Of a stretch of DNA of 64,000 bases, positions 28,871-38,135 are shown piece by piece. Below the pieces are notes generated by a model, which ran no database searches, was not told the DNA's origin, and worked only from the letters and a program-made list of their open reading frames with translations. The position numbers and the translations under genes are program-made. The stretch's first letter is position 1, and each line of letters starts with the position of its first letter. Location of the stretch: IMG/VR virus record IMGVR_UViG_3300044974_001280, positions 166,446-230,445 of that record; one strand, written 5' to 3'.

Positions 28871-29080
28871 ATGAAACGAGAAACATTTAACCTACACCCA
28901 AAGGATTTTGAAAAGTCTAATATATCGGTACTAAGTCCTGAAATACCAAAATGTGTGGGTGGGTATAGATTTGGCAATCAATCCACCCATTATGTACAAT
29001 TAAACTTAACTTATAGACCTAATTGGATTCATCGTACTTTTATGAAAGTATGTTTAGGAATGTATTGGTATGACCTTTAA
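28871..29080 (+). CDS. Hypothetical protein
   Basis: Co-directional ORF. Confidence 0.6.
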   Translation: MKRETFNLHPKDFEKSNISVLSPEIPKCVGGYRFGNQSTHYVQLNLTYRPNWIHRTFMKVCLGMYWYDL

Positions 29081-29089
29081 AACAAAAAA

Positions 29090-29308
29090 ATGATAGATAT
29101 TGCTAAATTGAAAATCGGAGACAAGGTTCATTACATACCATTCGAAGGATGTGATGACTGCGAAAACGGAATGGTAAAAGAAATCCCCGATCATACAAAT
29201 ACTGAAGTACGGGTTGTATATAGTTGTGGGGGAGATTGGGATAACTTTATGAATTACACATCTGCTTTAACTCCCATAAGCAAAATGAGAATGGGATGGA
29301 AACATTAA
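29090..29308 (+). CDS. Hypothetical protein
   Basis: Co-directional ORF. Confidence 0.65.
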   Translation: MIDIAKLKIGDKVHYIPFEGCDDCENGMVKEIPDHTNTEVRVVYSCGGDWDNFMNYTSALTPISKMRMGWKH

Positions 29309-29318
29309 TTTTACAGTT

Positions 29319-29672
29319 ATGAGAATGGCAAGAGCACCGCAGGAACATATTAATTGTTTAATGCATTGGATGAAATTCAACGATGAACTATGTACAATTG
29401 ATCCTACCAACAAAAACGAATGGAAATCTTTCAAATCTGATTGGGAAGGTGATGAAAAATTTATGGGGATTATAGAGCACTGCGAAGATACTGACAAGTT
29501 TAGCTGGGAATACTATATGGATTATTATCAAAAAAATATATCTCATATTCATATGCGAATAGTATTTGGATATGAGGTTTTGGTTGAAAATGTGTGTGAT
29601 ATGGAATTAGATTATTTAGATTTTAATAAAGAACTTAAAAAGTTAATGGAAGATAGCAAAAATACAATATGA
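29319..29672 (+). CDS. Hypothetical protein
   Basis: Co-directional ORF. Confidence 0.65.
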   Translation: MRMARAPQEHINCLMHWMKFNDELCTIDPTNKNEWKSFKSDWEGDEKFMGIIEHCEDTDKFSWEYYMDYYQKNISHIHMRIVFGYEVLVENVCDMELDYLDFNKELKKLMEDSKNTI

Positions 29673-29935
29673 TTAAATCAAACACATTAGAGACGCTGGG
29701 CACTCAACATAGAATTGTACAGTCATCCCATTTTAATAGAGATATGTGGGATAATTCAATTAAACCCTCATTATTCAATCTTCTTTCACACAGAGCAGAA
29801 GCGGCAAGATTAATTCTTAATCCTGAACTTACAACTGAAAGGCATAAAGAATTAGTTGATTATTTTGATTATTGTAATTATCAAATATTATTATTATTGG
29901 GATTAAAAACACATAAAAACTATGAACAAGATTGA
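29669..29935 (+). CDS. Hypothetical protein
   Basis: ATGA overlap. Confidence 0.65.
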   Translation: MIKSNTLETLGTQHRIVQSSHFNRDMWDNSIKPSLFNLLSHRAEAARLILNPELTTERHKELVDYFDYCNYQILLLLGLKTHKNYEQD

Positions 29936-30341
29936 AAGAGCAATTAGTGATATCAAATCACATATCAAATCACTTGATAGGGATATTTTAGTTTTAGAAA
30001 CTGAAAGAAAAGCATTCAAAAAGCAGTTGGATGCTCTTGAAACAATTCAATATGATAAATCTATTCCACACGATGAAAATATTCCAAATATCCCAACTTG
30101 GGACAAAAGTCATCCCGGTGGGTTCAGTATAAGTTTAACAAGTTCAGAACCTGATGAAGTTCCTTATGCAAGTATTTGCTCTTGTAATCCAAAAAATGGT
30201 GGAAGTGGTTTATGTGGTTGTATTATGGGTAATAAGATGGTCCCTAACCCAAAAAAATATGGAACTGGAGTAATCGGTACTACTACCACTAACACCGCTG
30301 TTGGTATGACTAATGGAGATATAAACTTTACTAACAAATGA
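29922..30341 (+). CDS. Hypothetical protein with CSCNPKNGGSGLCGC motif
   Basis: Coiled-coil N-terminus plus a Cys cluster. Confidence 0.65.
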   Translation: MNKIERAISDIKSHIKSLDRDILVLETERKAFKKQLDALETIQYDKSIPHDENIPNIPTWDKSHPGGFSISLTSSEPDEVPYASICSCNPKNGGSGLCGCIMGNKMVPNPKKYGTGVIGTTTTNTAVGMTNGDINFTNK

Positions 30342-31057
30342 AAACAATATTCATTGGAGATATCCACGGCCGTCCAATTTGGAAGGACATTGTAGCAAAA
30401 GAAAACGCAGATAGAATAATCTTTGTTGGAGATTACTTTGATTCTTTTGATATACCCGGTGTTGACCAAATACATAACTTTAAGGAGATATGTGAGTTTA
30501 AACGAAACTCCGACAAGGAAGTGATTCTATTGACAGGTAATCATGACCTACACTATATGCATATCAACGAAACTTATTCAGGTTTTCAACCCGCTCTTCA
30601 GTTTGATATCAGCCATGTTTTATCAGAGAATATGGACCTGTTGCAAATGGCATACTCATTTGATGATTTTCTTTGCACTCACGCAGGAGTAAGCCATTAT
30701 TGGGTTGTAGAAACTTTTGGTCGTTGTAATGTAGATACTTTGGTTGATGAAATCAATGAGCTATTTAAACACAGGCCTCATGCTTTTGCTTTTAATGGAT
30801 TTAATGCTTATGGGGATAATGTAACTCAAACTCCTGTGTGGATAAGACCTACTTCATTGTTAATGTCTAACAAACGAAGAAATGAAAACGCAATCAAAAA
30901 ACGTTTTATTCAAATATTTGGACATACTCAAATTAAAGAAATAGATTTGAATGGTATGAATAAACACATGGGTGGTAGATATTATATGATAGATGCTTTA
31001 CCATCAAAGCAATATTTGATTTATGATGGTGAACTTAAAGTTGGTAATATGTCATAA
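30338..31057 (+). CDS. Calcineurin-like metallophosphoesterase
   Basis: IGDIHG, GDYFD, GNHD, THAG, FGHT. Confidence 0.92.
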   Translation: MKTIFIGDIHGRPIWKDIVAKENADRIIFVGDYFDSFDIPGVDQIHNFKEICEFKRNSDKEVILLTGNHDLHYMHINETYSGFQPALQFDISHVLSENMDLLQMAYSFDDFLCTHAGVSHYWVVETFGRCNVDTLVDEINELFKHRPHAFAFNGFNAYGDNVTQTPVWIRPTSLLMSNKRRNENAIKKRFIQIFGHTQIKEIDLNGMNKHMGGRYYMIDALPSKQYLIYDGELKVGNMS

Positions 31058-31145
31058 CGTTTTGCAGATAAGCGAAGGCACAAATAGCGTGGGCATTGTG
31101 CTGTTGGATTTGGGCTTTTGCTTATGTGCTGTTATAACCAGTGCT
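31053..31145 (+). repeat. attC-like imperfect palindrome
   Basis: CATAAC..GCAGATAAGCGAAGG...CTTTTGCTTATGTGC.GTTATAA; starts at the upstream stop codon. Confidence 0.6.
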
Positions 31146-31177
31146 TTTACGAATTTTTAAACTTAAATAATACAAAT

Positions 31178-31465
31178 ATGGAATTTATGTCAAACATTAC
31201 AACCGAAATAAACAAAGGAAAACTAACCAAAGCAAATGGAAAATGGTTTGTTGATTACATTACTGAACCTGCTGGAGAAAACAACTGGCATCACTGCTTA
31301 CCAATTTATGAACTTGAAAAAGAAAGCGAGCAAATTGCAGATTTACTACTTGTCCAAAAATTCAACAAGCCTGTATGTGAACTTGAACAATTCGAAGTTG
31401 ATTGGAAGTATGTCGTAACTGATGGGGCAACTAATTTTGGCTATGAATATGCAGTGCTTGTTTAG
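31178..31465 (+). CDS. Hypothetical protein in a cassette-like unit
   Basis: ATG 31178; flanked by GTTATAACCAGTGCT / AGCATTGGTTATAAC. Confidence 0.65.
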   Translation: MEFMSNITTEINKGKLTKANGKWFVDYITEPAGENNWHHCLPIYELEKESEQIADLLLVQKFNKPVCELEQFEVDWKYVVTDGATNFGYEYAVLV

Positions 31466-31540
31466 CATTGGTTATAACTCCGTCATTTGGAGACACGAAA
31501 ATTCGTTCGTATATTTATACCATAAATAAAAATAAAAAAT

Positions 31541-31978
31541 ATGACACAAACAATTGGACAGTTGCTTAAATGGAACTTTGAAATAGATGGCGACTTGGTA
31601 ATTGAAACTAAAGACGGGCAGGTTGCTTATAGCGAAGATGCCACCGGTTATTGGGAAAGTAGTGAACGAGATGATAGAGGTAACCAAATTTATTGGGAAA
31701 ATTCAAAGAACCGTTGGGAACGATATGAATATGATTCTAATGATAATCGGATTAAAGAAACTACGTCAAATGGGTTTTGGGCAAGGTATGAATACAATTC
31801 TGAACGGGATATAACTTTGTATGAAGATTCGACAGGGTATTGGAAACAAACTACATATTCAAATAATGGTTGTCGAACAGAGGATTCCAATGGGATGTGG
31901 GAAAGAATAGAGTATAACTCCAAAGGATATGAAACTTACTATGAAAACTCAAAGGGTGAAGTCATAAACAAACTTTAA
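31541..31978 (+). CDS. Short-repeat (YD-like) protein
   Basis: About 22-aa repeats of Y.E.S.G.W...EY.S.G/N. Confidence 0.75.
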   Translation: MTQTIGQLLKWNFEIDGDLVIETKDGQVAYSEDATGYWESSERDDRGNQIYWENSKNRWERYEYDSNDNRIKETTSNGFWARYEYNSERDITLYEDSTGYWKQTTYSNNGCRTEDSNGMWERIEYNSKGYETYYENSKGEVINKL

Positions 31979-31979
31979 A

Positions 31980-32429
31980 ATGAAAAAACAAATTTACTTA
32001 GATGATGTTAGAACCCCCAAAGAAGATATTTGGGTGGTTGTGAGGAATTATGACGAGTTCGTGGAAGCGGTAACAAATATAGGATTAGAAAACATAGATG
32101 TAATTTCCTTGGATCACGATTTGGGTGATACAGCGATGAATGAATATTTCAATAACGTGAGTCCAAACTACAAATTGGATTACAATAACATCCTTGAAAA
32201 GACGGGAATGGATTGTGCTAAGTGGTTGGTCAATCACTATCTTGACAATTACCTTACTCAGAAAAGTAGGTCAGAAAAAAAATCATCTGGTATCGTTTTT
32301 CCACAAGTGTATACCCATTCGGCAAATCCAATCGGATCTGCCAACATTATGGGATACATTAATAATTTTTGGATGAATGAGGGTCAACCTCAATCTTGTG
32401 TTCGTGTGAACATTCCACACTTTGTTTGA
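31980..32429 (+). CDS. Cyclic-phosphate-processing receiver-like domain protein
   Basis: IYLDDVRTP, ISLDHDLG, KTGMDCAKWL, HSANPIG. Confidence 0.8.
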   Translation: MKKQIYLDDVRTPKEDIWVVVRNYDEFVEAVTNIGLENIDVISLDHDLGDTAMNEYFNNVSPNYKLDYNNILEKTGMDCAKWLVNHYLDNYLTQKSRSEKKSSGIVFPQVYTHSANPIGSANIMGYINNFWMNEGQPQSCVRVNIPHFV

Positions 32430-32458
32430 GATTTTTCCGTATATTTGTAAAAAAAATA

Positions 32459-33157
32459 ATGATTAGAGAAAATCCAAAATATCAAACGTTCATTGAATCC
32501 TGGTGTTCTAAGGATTCATATAGAACACAAATGTTGAAACCAACTTGTTTTGACGATGGATGGGTCTGCGCTACGGACACCTACAAATTAATTTGGACGT
32601 ACGATCCTGATTATAAAAATTTTGAAAACAGATACATTTATTCGGATACAGAGGGGATCAAGGCACTTCCAGTTGTTGAGAAATTCTCCGAATTTTACGA
32701 GGGTGTGCCTCGACCTATCGGTAGAATCAAAATCAAGGATTTTGAAGAAGTTTTTGAGAAAATCAAATTAATTCCAGAATTTTCGGAAAAATACATAGAA
32801 TGCTCTGAGTGTGATGGATTTGGAACTATAGAGTGTGACTGTTGTGGTTCAGAATCTGATTGTGAAAAATGTGATGGCGAAGGTGAAATACCCTCAGGCA
32901 CGGAGGAAACTGGACATTACCACTTACCAGAAAATCATTACTTTAATGTGGATGGAGTTTACTTGTCTATGAAGACTACAAGGGAATTGATTGATAATCT
33001 TTTGTTCGTTGGAATATCTGAATTGGAAATCTTTTCCACCAACGATTATAGGTGTTTTTTTGGAATACCCGGAGAAAAAACATTTTTGCTCGTTATGGGT
33101 TGTTATGTATCGGATGCACACGAAAGTCAGATATTTGAAGTTCAAATACATTCCTAA
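32459..33157 (+). CDS. Hypothetical protein with a DnaJ-type CxxCxGxG zinc finger
   Basis: CSECDGFG..CDCC..CEKCDGEG. Confidence 0.7.
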   Translation: MIRENPKYQTFIESWCSKDSYRTQMLKPTCFDDGWVCATDTYKLIWTYDPDYKNFENRYIYSDTEGIKALPVVEKFSEFYEGVPRPIGRIKIKDFEEVFEKIKLIPEFSEKYIECSECDGFGTIECDCCGSESDCEKCDGEGEIPSGTEETGHYHLPENHYFNVDGVYLSMKTTRELIDNLLFVGISELEIFSTNDYRCFFGIPGEKTFLLVMGCYVSDAHESQIFEVQIHS

Positions 33158-33168
33158 AGTTTAACACA

Positions 33169-33411
33169 ATGGACTACTCTCAAGCTAAAGAAAAATCACT
33201 CCTAGTCGAGTGGAAGATTGGCACTTGCTCTCAGGGAGAGCAATGTTGGTGCCGTACTATCAGTCCAGTTGAACCTATTTTATTTAAAGATGGAGACTTT
33301 CAAGAGGAATATCATATTCTAGTAGGTGGAGAGCTAAGCAAAGAAATAGTAGAGCATATTGTAGCACTACATAATCAAAATATTAAAAACCAAGCAAAAA
33401 ATGGACAGTAA
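33169..33411 (+). CDS. Hypothetical protein
   Basis: Co-directional ORF. Confidence 0.65.
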   Translation: MDYSQAKEKSLLVEWKIGTCSQGEQCWCRTISPVEPILFKDGDFQEEYHILVGGELSKEIVEHIVALHNQNIKNQAKNGQ

Positions 33412-33775
33412 CTTAGAGAAAATTTTAAAAGAATTTGAACTACTCAAGGGACAATTTGTGATTATATCATATAGCGAGATAGAAAGATTAGTTGCAATAG
33501 GAGACGATGGCGAAGATTACTACTATATTACTTTTAATGGTAGAGATTTTCGTTGGAGCACTTGTGTGGGTAGAGTAATGCCACTAAAAGGATATTTAAG
33601 AGACATGGACTACAATGAGTTAGTTCGTCTGGCCGAATTGAACCATTATGACAAAATGGATTTCGAGGCATTTACTAGAGCATTTGTAGATTGGAAAAAC
33701 TCTCTGTCGAGCACTAAAAGTTTTTTTCATACTGAATTTTGTTTCAGATTGGAAAGATCAAACCCAAAAACATAA
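33401..33775 (+). CDS. Hypothetical protein
   Basis: Co-directional ORF. Confidence 0.65.
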   Translation: MDSNLEKILKEFELLKGQFVIISYSEIERLVAIGDDGEDYYYITFNGRDFRWSTCVGRVMPLKGYLRDMDYNELVRLAELNHYDKMDFEAFTRAFVDWKNSLSSTKSFFHTEFCFRLERSNPKT

Positions 33776-33779
33776 ATCA

Positions 33780-34157
33780 ATGAACACACAAGATTTCGAT
33801 CATGTTTCTAGAGAACTCGTCAGATCTCTACAGACCGCCAAACAAGCGTTAATGTTAGAAAATTCCCATCACAAATGTCAACACACCTTATCTCGAGAAA
33901 TATTAGAACACTACCTATCACCAGATATCGATTGTATTATTCTCAAACAAATAACCCAACGATTGGCCGAGCAGATTGTAGGTAAGGTCAATAAACATTT
34001 ACAGGTAGAAGAACACCGAGATTCAAAAGTCTTCTCCCTAGAACTTCTAGTTTTTCCTTTGGAAGAATTCAAACATATCGTTGAATATTGTGTGAAAACA
34101 ATGCCTATAGAGGCTATTCTGAAAATCAGAAAGATTGAAACAGATGAAAAAATCTGA
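33780..34157 (+). CDS. Hypothetical protein
   Basis: Co-directional ORF. Confidence 0.65.
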   Translation: MNTQDFDHVSRELVRSLQTAKQALMLENSHHKCQHTLSREILEHYLSPDIDCIILKQITQRLAEQIVGKVNKHLQVEEHRDSKVFSLELLVFPLEEFKHIVEYCVKTMPIEAILKIRKIETDEKI

Positions 34158-34539
34158 TAGGATTAAAATTTTTGAGAAGTATGGTGGAAAATGTGCATAT
34201 TGTGGCTGTGATTTGACAAAAAGTTGGCACGCGGACCATATCCAGCCAATTGTCAGGGACAGTAAATGGGACAGAAAAAAAGGTAAGTTTGTAAATAGTG
34301 GAACATGTAGGTATCCAGAAAATGAGATTTTAGAAAACTATAATCCAGCTTGCTCTAGTTGTAATATTCAAAAAAATTCTTTCACGTTAGAACAATTTAG
34401 ATCCAATATTCAAGGTTTTTTAAATTCGCTCAACCAGTACAGTACACAATACAAATTCATAAAAAGATATGGGCTGATTGAAGAAACAGGAAGGGAGGTG
34501 AAATTTTTTTTCGAAAATTTTAAAATTGATGAAAAGTAA
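34144..34539 (+). CDS. HNH endonuclease
   Basis: GGKCAYCG, WHADHIQP, NYNPACSSCNIQK. Confidence 0.9.
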   Translation: MKKSDRIKIFEKYGGKCAYCGCDLTKSWHADHIQPIVRDSKWDRKKGKFVNSGTCRYPENEILENYNPACSSCNIQKNSFTLEQFRSNIQGFLNSLNQYSTQYKFIKRYGLIEETGREVKFFFENFKIDEK

Positions 34540-34578
34540 GAAAATTTCTAGTATATTTACGCTATAAAAATAAAAGTT

Positions 34579-34764
34579 ATGGAAAAGAAAACAAACAAGA
34601 GTTTAGGTATTGCAGGGATAATTTTTCTGATATTTTTAATTCTAAAACTATCAGATGCCGGGGTAGTTGCCAATTGGTCTTGGTGGTGGGTAACGTCTCC
34701 ACTTTGGATTCCTTTTTGTGTGGCTTTTACAATTGAATTTTTTTCAAGACTATTTAATAAATGA
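34579..34764 (+). CDS. Small membrane protein (WSWWWV..PLW family)
   Basis: LILKL....NWSWWWVTSPLW. Confidence 0.7.
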   Translation: MEKKTNKSLGIAGIIFLIFLILKLSDAGVVANWSWWWVTSPLWIPFCVAFTIEFFSRLFNK

Positions 34765-34864
34765 AAAATCTAAAATCGGAAGATAAATTCTATTATTTTA
34801 CGGTAGCATTTGCATTCATTGTTATATTATTTTGGATATCGTTTGGGATTTTAAAAATACTATT

Positions 34865-35101
34865 ATGAAAAAATTGCCTTCAAAATCTTTTTTAGGTTAC
34901 AAAACTATTAAATATAGAATTGTAGACGACAGCTATCATGGTTATGAATGTCAAGTATGGAGATGGTGGTGGCCTTTTTGGGCTCAAATGAACTTTAGGA
35001 ATGGGATAAACACTTTTAATACTTTAAAAGACGCAATTGATTTTGTTGAAAACGTCCATAGTGGAAATTTTCAAAATAAAATAATTTACGCAAAATCTTA
35101 A
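34865..35101 (+). CDS. Hypothetical protein
   Basis: Co-directional ORF. Confidence 0.6.
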   Translation: MKKLPSKSFLGYKTIKYRIVDDSYHGYECQVWRWWWPFWAQMNFRNGINTFNTLKDAIDFVENVHSGNFQNKIIYAKS

Positions 35102-35112
35102 AAATAAAAATT

Positions 35113-35676
35113 ATGGCAACATTAGAAGTTACAAACGAACAACTTAGACTAATTCAACAGGCGTTAGATATGTACTCCCGTATCGGTATCGGCCAATTAT
35201 GGGTAATTAAAGACCATCCAACATATTACAATGTTCTACGGGATAAACTCCGACCTAAAAAAGAAATAGAAGTTGGTGATAGTACCGAACGTGGTGAGGT
35301 GATAGAAATTGGAGATGGTTACATTAAAACCAAAGGTCATTGGGGTAATGGAGAAGAAATTCGTACTTGGACTGATGTTGGGGATGTAAAATTATCTATT
35401 GATTATGAAAAATACCACAGTATTAGAGATGAAGCAGATAAAATATTACATAATGCTGCTAACATGCTTTTACAAGAAAACTTTGCTAATGGCGGAAGTT
35501 TTGGTATTTACAATCCCGATGTAGTAGATGAAAGTGCAAGAGTAACTTATGATATTGTTCAAGTTATTCGCCATGAATTTTGGAAACAAGATGAAACCCG
35601 TTCTAATATGACTGTAGATAGTTCAGTTCATTTGGGAACAAAGGATTTTGATAAAATAAAATGTAAATTAGATTAA
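35113..35676 (+). CDS. Hypothetical protein
   Basis: 187 aa ORF. Confidence 0.75.
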   Translation: MATLEVTNEQLRLIQQALDMYSRIGIGQLWVIKDHPTYYNVLRDKLRPKKEIEVGDSTERGEVIEIGDGYIKTKGHWGNGEEIRTWTDVGDVKLSIDYEKYHSIRDEADKILHNAANMLLQENFANGGSFGIYNPDVVDESARVTYDIVQVIRHEFWKQDETRSNMTVDSSVHLGTKDFDKIKCKLD

Positions 35677-35681
35677 CAAAC

Positions 35682-35761
35682 AGTCAGGTGGAGTAAAAGT
35701 AACTCATGTGTGAGCATAAAAGCAAAAGAACAAGCAACAGGGGCAGTACCTGTCCTGACTA
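35682..35761 (+). ncRNA. tRNA-like RNA without an anticodon arm (copy 1)
   Basis: AGTCAGG/CCTGACT-A acceptor; D-stem GAGT/ACTC; ATGT-GTGA-GCAT hairpin; T-arm ACAGG-GGCAGTA-CCTGT. Confidence 0.7.
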
Positions 35762-35795
35762 CTAAAAATATAAAAACAATTTAAACCCAATCAAA

Positions 35796-36086
35796 ATGAA
35801 CGAAGAACAAACATTAAGAGTAGAACCTGTCGGAGAAATGCCACAGTGCTTTGAAAAGTCAACAGAGCAATGCGAAAGCAAAGAACAAGGAGAGCAACGC
35901 AGAAGGATTGAAAACCTTAAACGCTGGGAGATTGGCATTCACGCGCTAGACAGAGGATGTATCGTCAAGGTTGGATGTAAGAGTATTGCATTTACAAGCA
36001 TCGAGGCTGGATACAAAGAGATTGGTCGCTACTTGGAAAACCCACAGTTGGTAGCCACTCAACACGGCTTCGGGGAGCATTTTTAG
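35796..36086 (+). CDS. Hypothetical protein between the two tRNA-like elements
   Basis: 96 aa; LDRGCIVKVGCKSIAF. Confidence 0.7.
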   Translation: MNEEQTLRVEPVGEMPQCFEKSTEQCESKEQGEQRRRIENLKRWEIGIHALDRGCIVKVGCKSIAFTSIEAGYKEIGRYLENPQLVATQHGFGEHF

Positions 36087-36166
36087 AATATGCAGACGTT
36101 TTTACTTATAATTATAATAATAATTTTGGGCGGAATATATGAGGAGATAAAAGGCAGGTGAATTAT

Positions 36167-36298
36167 AGTCAGGTGGCGGAATGGTAGAAGCAAGTAAGCT
36201 AAAGCTGTGGGGGATGTTGCAGGAGAGACTCAAGAGACCGAAAGGTGTTATTCTCAAAGGACTCAACCCACGTACAGGTTCGAATCCTGTCCTGACTA
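36167..36298 (+). ncRNA. tRNA-like RNA with an expanded, non-canonical central region (copy 2)
   Basis: AGTCAGG-TGGCGGAATGGTAGAAGC...GTGGG..CCCAC..ACAGG-TTCGAAT-CCTGT-CCTGACT-A. Confidence 0.8.
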
Positions 36299-36328
36299 CA
36301 CAAGAATGCAAAAAATAGCTCACAAAAA

Positions 36329-36778
36329 ATGAAAAAAAGAATTTACTTAGATGATATTCGAACCCCAAACGATGAAAACTGGATAGTTGTTCGAAATTAC
36401 GAGCAGTTTGTAAAAGTTGTCACTGATATAGGATTAGAAAACATTGAGATCATTTCACTGGACCACGATCTGGGTGATACTGTCATGGAGGAATATTTCA
36501 ACAATGTTAAACCTAATTACGAGCTCAACTACTCAAACATCCTTGAAAAGACTGAGATGGACTGTGCAAAATGGTTGGTCGATTACTACCTGAATAAATA
36601 CGACACCCTCGAGGGCAGGGTAGGGAAAAAATCATCGGGCATTATTTTCCCCTTAGTTTACACCCATTCGGCCAATCCAATTGGCTCTGCTAACATCATG
36701 GGATACATCAACAATTTTTTGATGAATGAGGGACAGTCTCAATCCTGTGTTCGAGTTAACATCCCGCATAGCGTTTAG
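36329..36778 (+). CDS. Cyclic-phosphate-processing receiver-like domain protein (paralog of 31980)
   Basis: IYLDDIRTP, ISLDHDLG, HSANPIG; same length (149 aa). Confidence 0.8.
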   Translation: MKKRIYLDDIRTPNDENWIVVRNYEQFVKVVTDIGLENIEIISLDHDLGDTVMEEYFNNVKPNYELNYSNILEKTEMDCAKWLVDYYLNKYDTLEGRVGKKSSGIIFPLVYTHSANPIGSANIMGYINNFLMNEGQSQSCVRVNIPHSV

Positions 36779-36853
36779 AAAGAAAGGATCTGAAAGATTA
36801 TTCGGAACTTTTCTCCTTTCAAATCGTTTAGAAGAATAAAAAAAAATTGTCTT

Positions 36854-37048
36854 ATGAAAAAATGGTTTATCACTCCTCTAAAATCTTTATTTTCCCTCTA
36901 TTTAATTATTGGATTTATCAGATGGGATCTGATGATTTCAAATTGGAGTAACGACGACAGATTTGGACTGGTGCTTATTTCTCTTTTTGTGTGGATTTTG
37001 GCTTCTGCTCCTTCAGGAAGTGATTCTTCCGTTTCAACCGAGTCTTAA
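36854..37048 (+). CDS. Small membrane protein
   Basis: Two hydrophobic segments. Confidence 0.55.
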   Translation: MKKWFITPLKSLFSLYLIIGFIRWDLMISNWSNDDRFGLVLISLFVWILASAPSGSDSSVSTES

Positions 37049-37061
37049 TTGATTACATAAT

Positions 37062-38132
37062 ATGGAACAAACCAGAAAATTAGCTTCCATCAGATTGGTC
37101 AAGGAGATCAAGTCCATCAAAGGAGCAGACGCCATCGAATTGGCTGTTGTTGATGGGTGGCAGGTGGTAACCAAGAAAGGAGAGTTTAAACCTGGAGATA
37201 CCTGTGTTTATTTTGAGATTGATTCTTTTCTTCCGGTCCGGGATGAATTTGAGTTTCTCCGAAAATCATCTTTCAAGAAAATGGGAGATGTCGAGGGATT
37301 TAGACTCAAGACCATCCGTTTGAAAGGAGAATTATCCCAGGGATTGCTCATGCCCCTGAATGTGCTTCCCGTTAGGGGAAATGTATATCTTGGCATGGAT
37401 GTAACCGAAATTCTTGGGGTGATTAAATACGAACCACCCATTCCCGCCGAACTGGCTGGCAAAGTAAAAGGCTACTTTCCTTCTTTTCTCCGCCGAACCG
37501 ATGAGGAAAGGGTCCAAAATTTGTCTAGAGAATACGAAGAATGGAAGATCACCAGTAAACACCAGTTCTATGCAACCGAAAAGTTGGACGGCAGTTCCGC
37601 ATCATTTTATGTCAAAGACGGTGAATTTGGGGTTTGCTCTAGAAATCTCGAGTTGGCAGAACCAGGTGAATTTGTGTCAGGAACGGAACTGTGCGATGAT
37701 GGGATCGAACGGCCTAAGCGGGAAAACACTTTCTGGAAAGTGGCCCGTGAAATGGACATCAAGAAGAAGCTACTGGATACTGGTCTTAACCTTTGCATTC
37801 AGGGTGAATTGATCGGGGAAGGAATTCAGAAGAATCCTTACAAGCTCAAAGGTCATACCGTTCGTTTCTACAATGCTTTTGACATTGATAAACAGGAAAG
37901 ATTCAACCTCAGATCTTTTATCTCCCTTATGGAAGACTTAGGATTTGAGACCGTACCGATTCTCGGGACTGAGTTTCTTCTACCAGACACCATCGAAGAA
38001 CTCTTACAGCAGACTGAAGGGAAATCTGTTCTCAACCCCAATGCCGAGAGGGAAGGATTGGTCATTCGCAGCATGGACACAACTATTTCTTTCAAGGTCA
38101 TCAGCAACAGATTTTTACTTAAAAACGAATAG
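37062..38132 (+). CDS. RNA ligase, DRB0094/Rnl5 family
   Basis: RKLASI..I..I.GADAIE, YFEIDS, TDEERVQN, TEKLDGSS, QGELIG, REGLV, SFKVISN. Confidence 0.93.
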   Translation: MEQTRKLASIRLVKEIKSIKGADAIELAVVDGWQVVTKKGEFKPGDTCVYFEIDSFLPVRDEFEFLRKSSFKKMGDVEGFRLKTIRLKGELSQGLLMPLNVLPVRGNVYLGMDVTEILGVIKYEPPIPAELAGKVKGYFPSFLRRTDEERVQNLSREYEEWKITSKHQFYATEKLDGSSASFYVKDGEFGVCSRNLELAEPGEFVSGTELCDDGIERPKRENTFWKVAREMDIKKKLLDTGLNLCIQGELIGEGIQKNPYKLKGHTVRFYNAFDIDKQERFNLRSFISLMEDLGFETVPILGTEFLLPDTIEELLQQTEGKSVLNPNAEREGLVIRSMDTTISFKVISNRFLLKNE

Positions 38133-38135
38133 CTA

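Noticed and set aside
31053-31478. Complete integron
   Set aside because: No integrase and only one full hairpin; reported only as a cassette-like element.
35682-36298. Canonical tRNA genes (e.g. tRNA-Leu)
   Set aside because: No anticodon stem-loop can be formed at the expected position and no CCA is encoded; kept as tRNA-like ncRNAs.
36102-36368. Minus-strand 88-aa ORF
   Set aside because: Antisense to tRNA-like element 2; VVRTGFEPV is the typical translation of a reversed T-arm.
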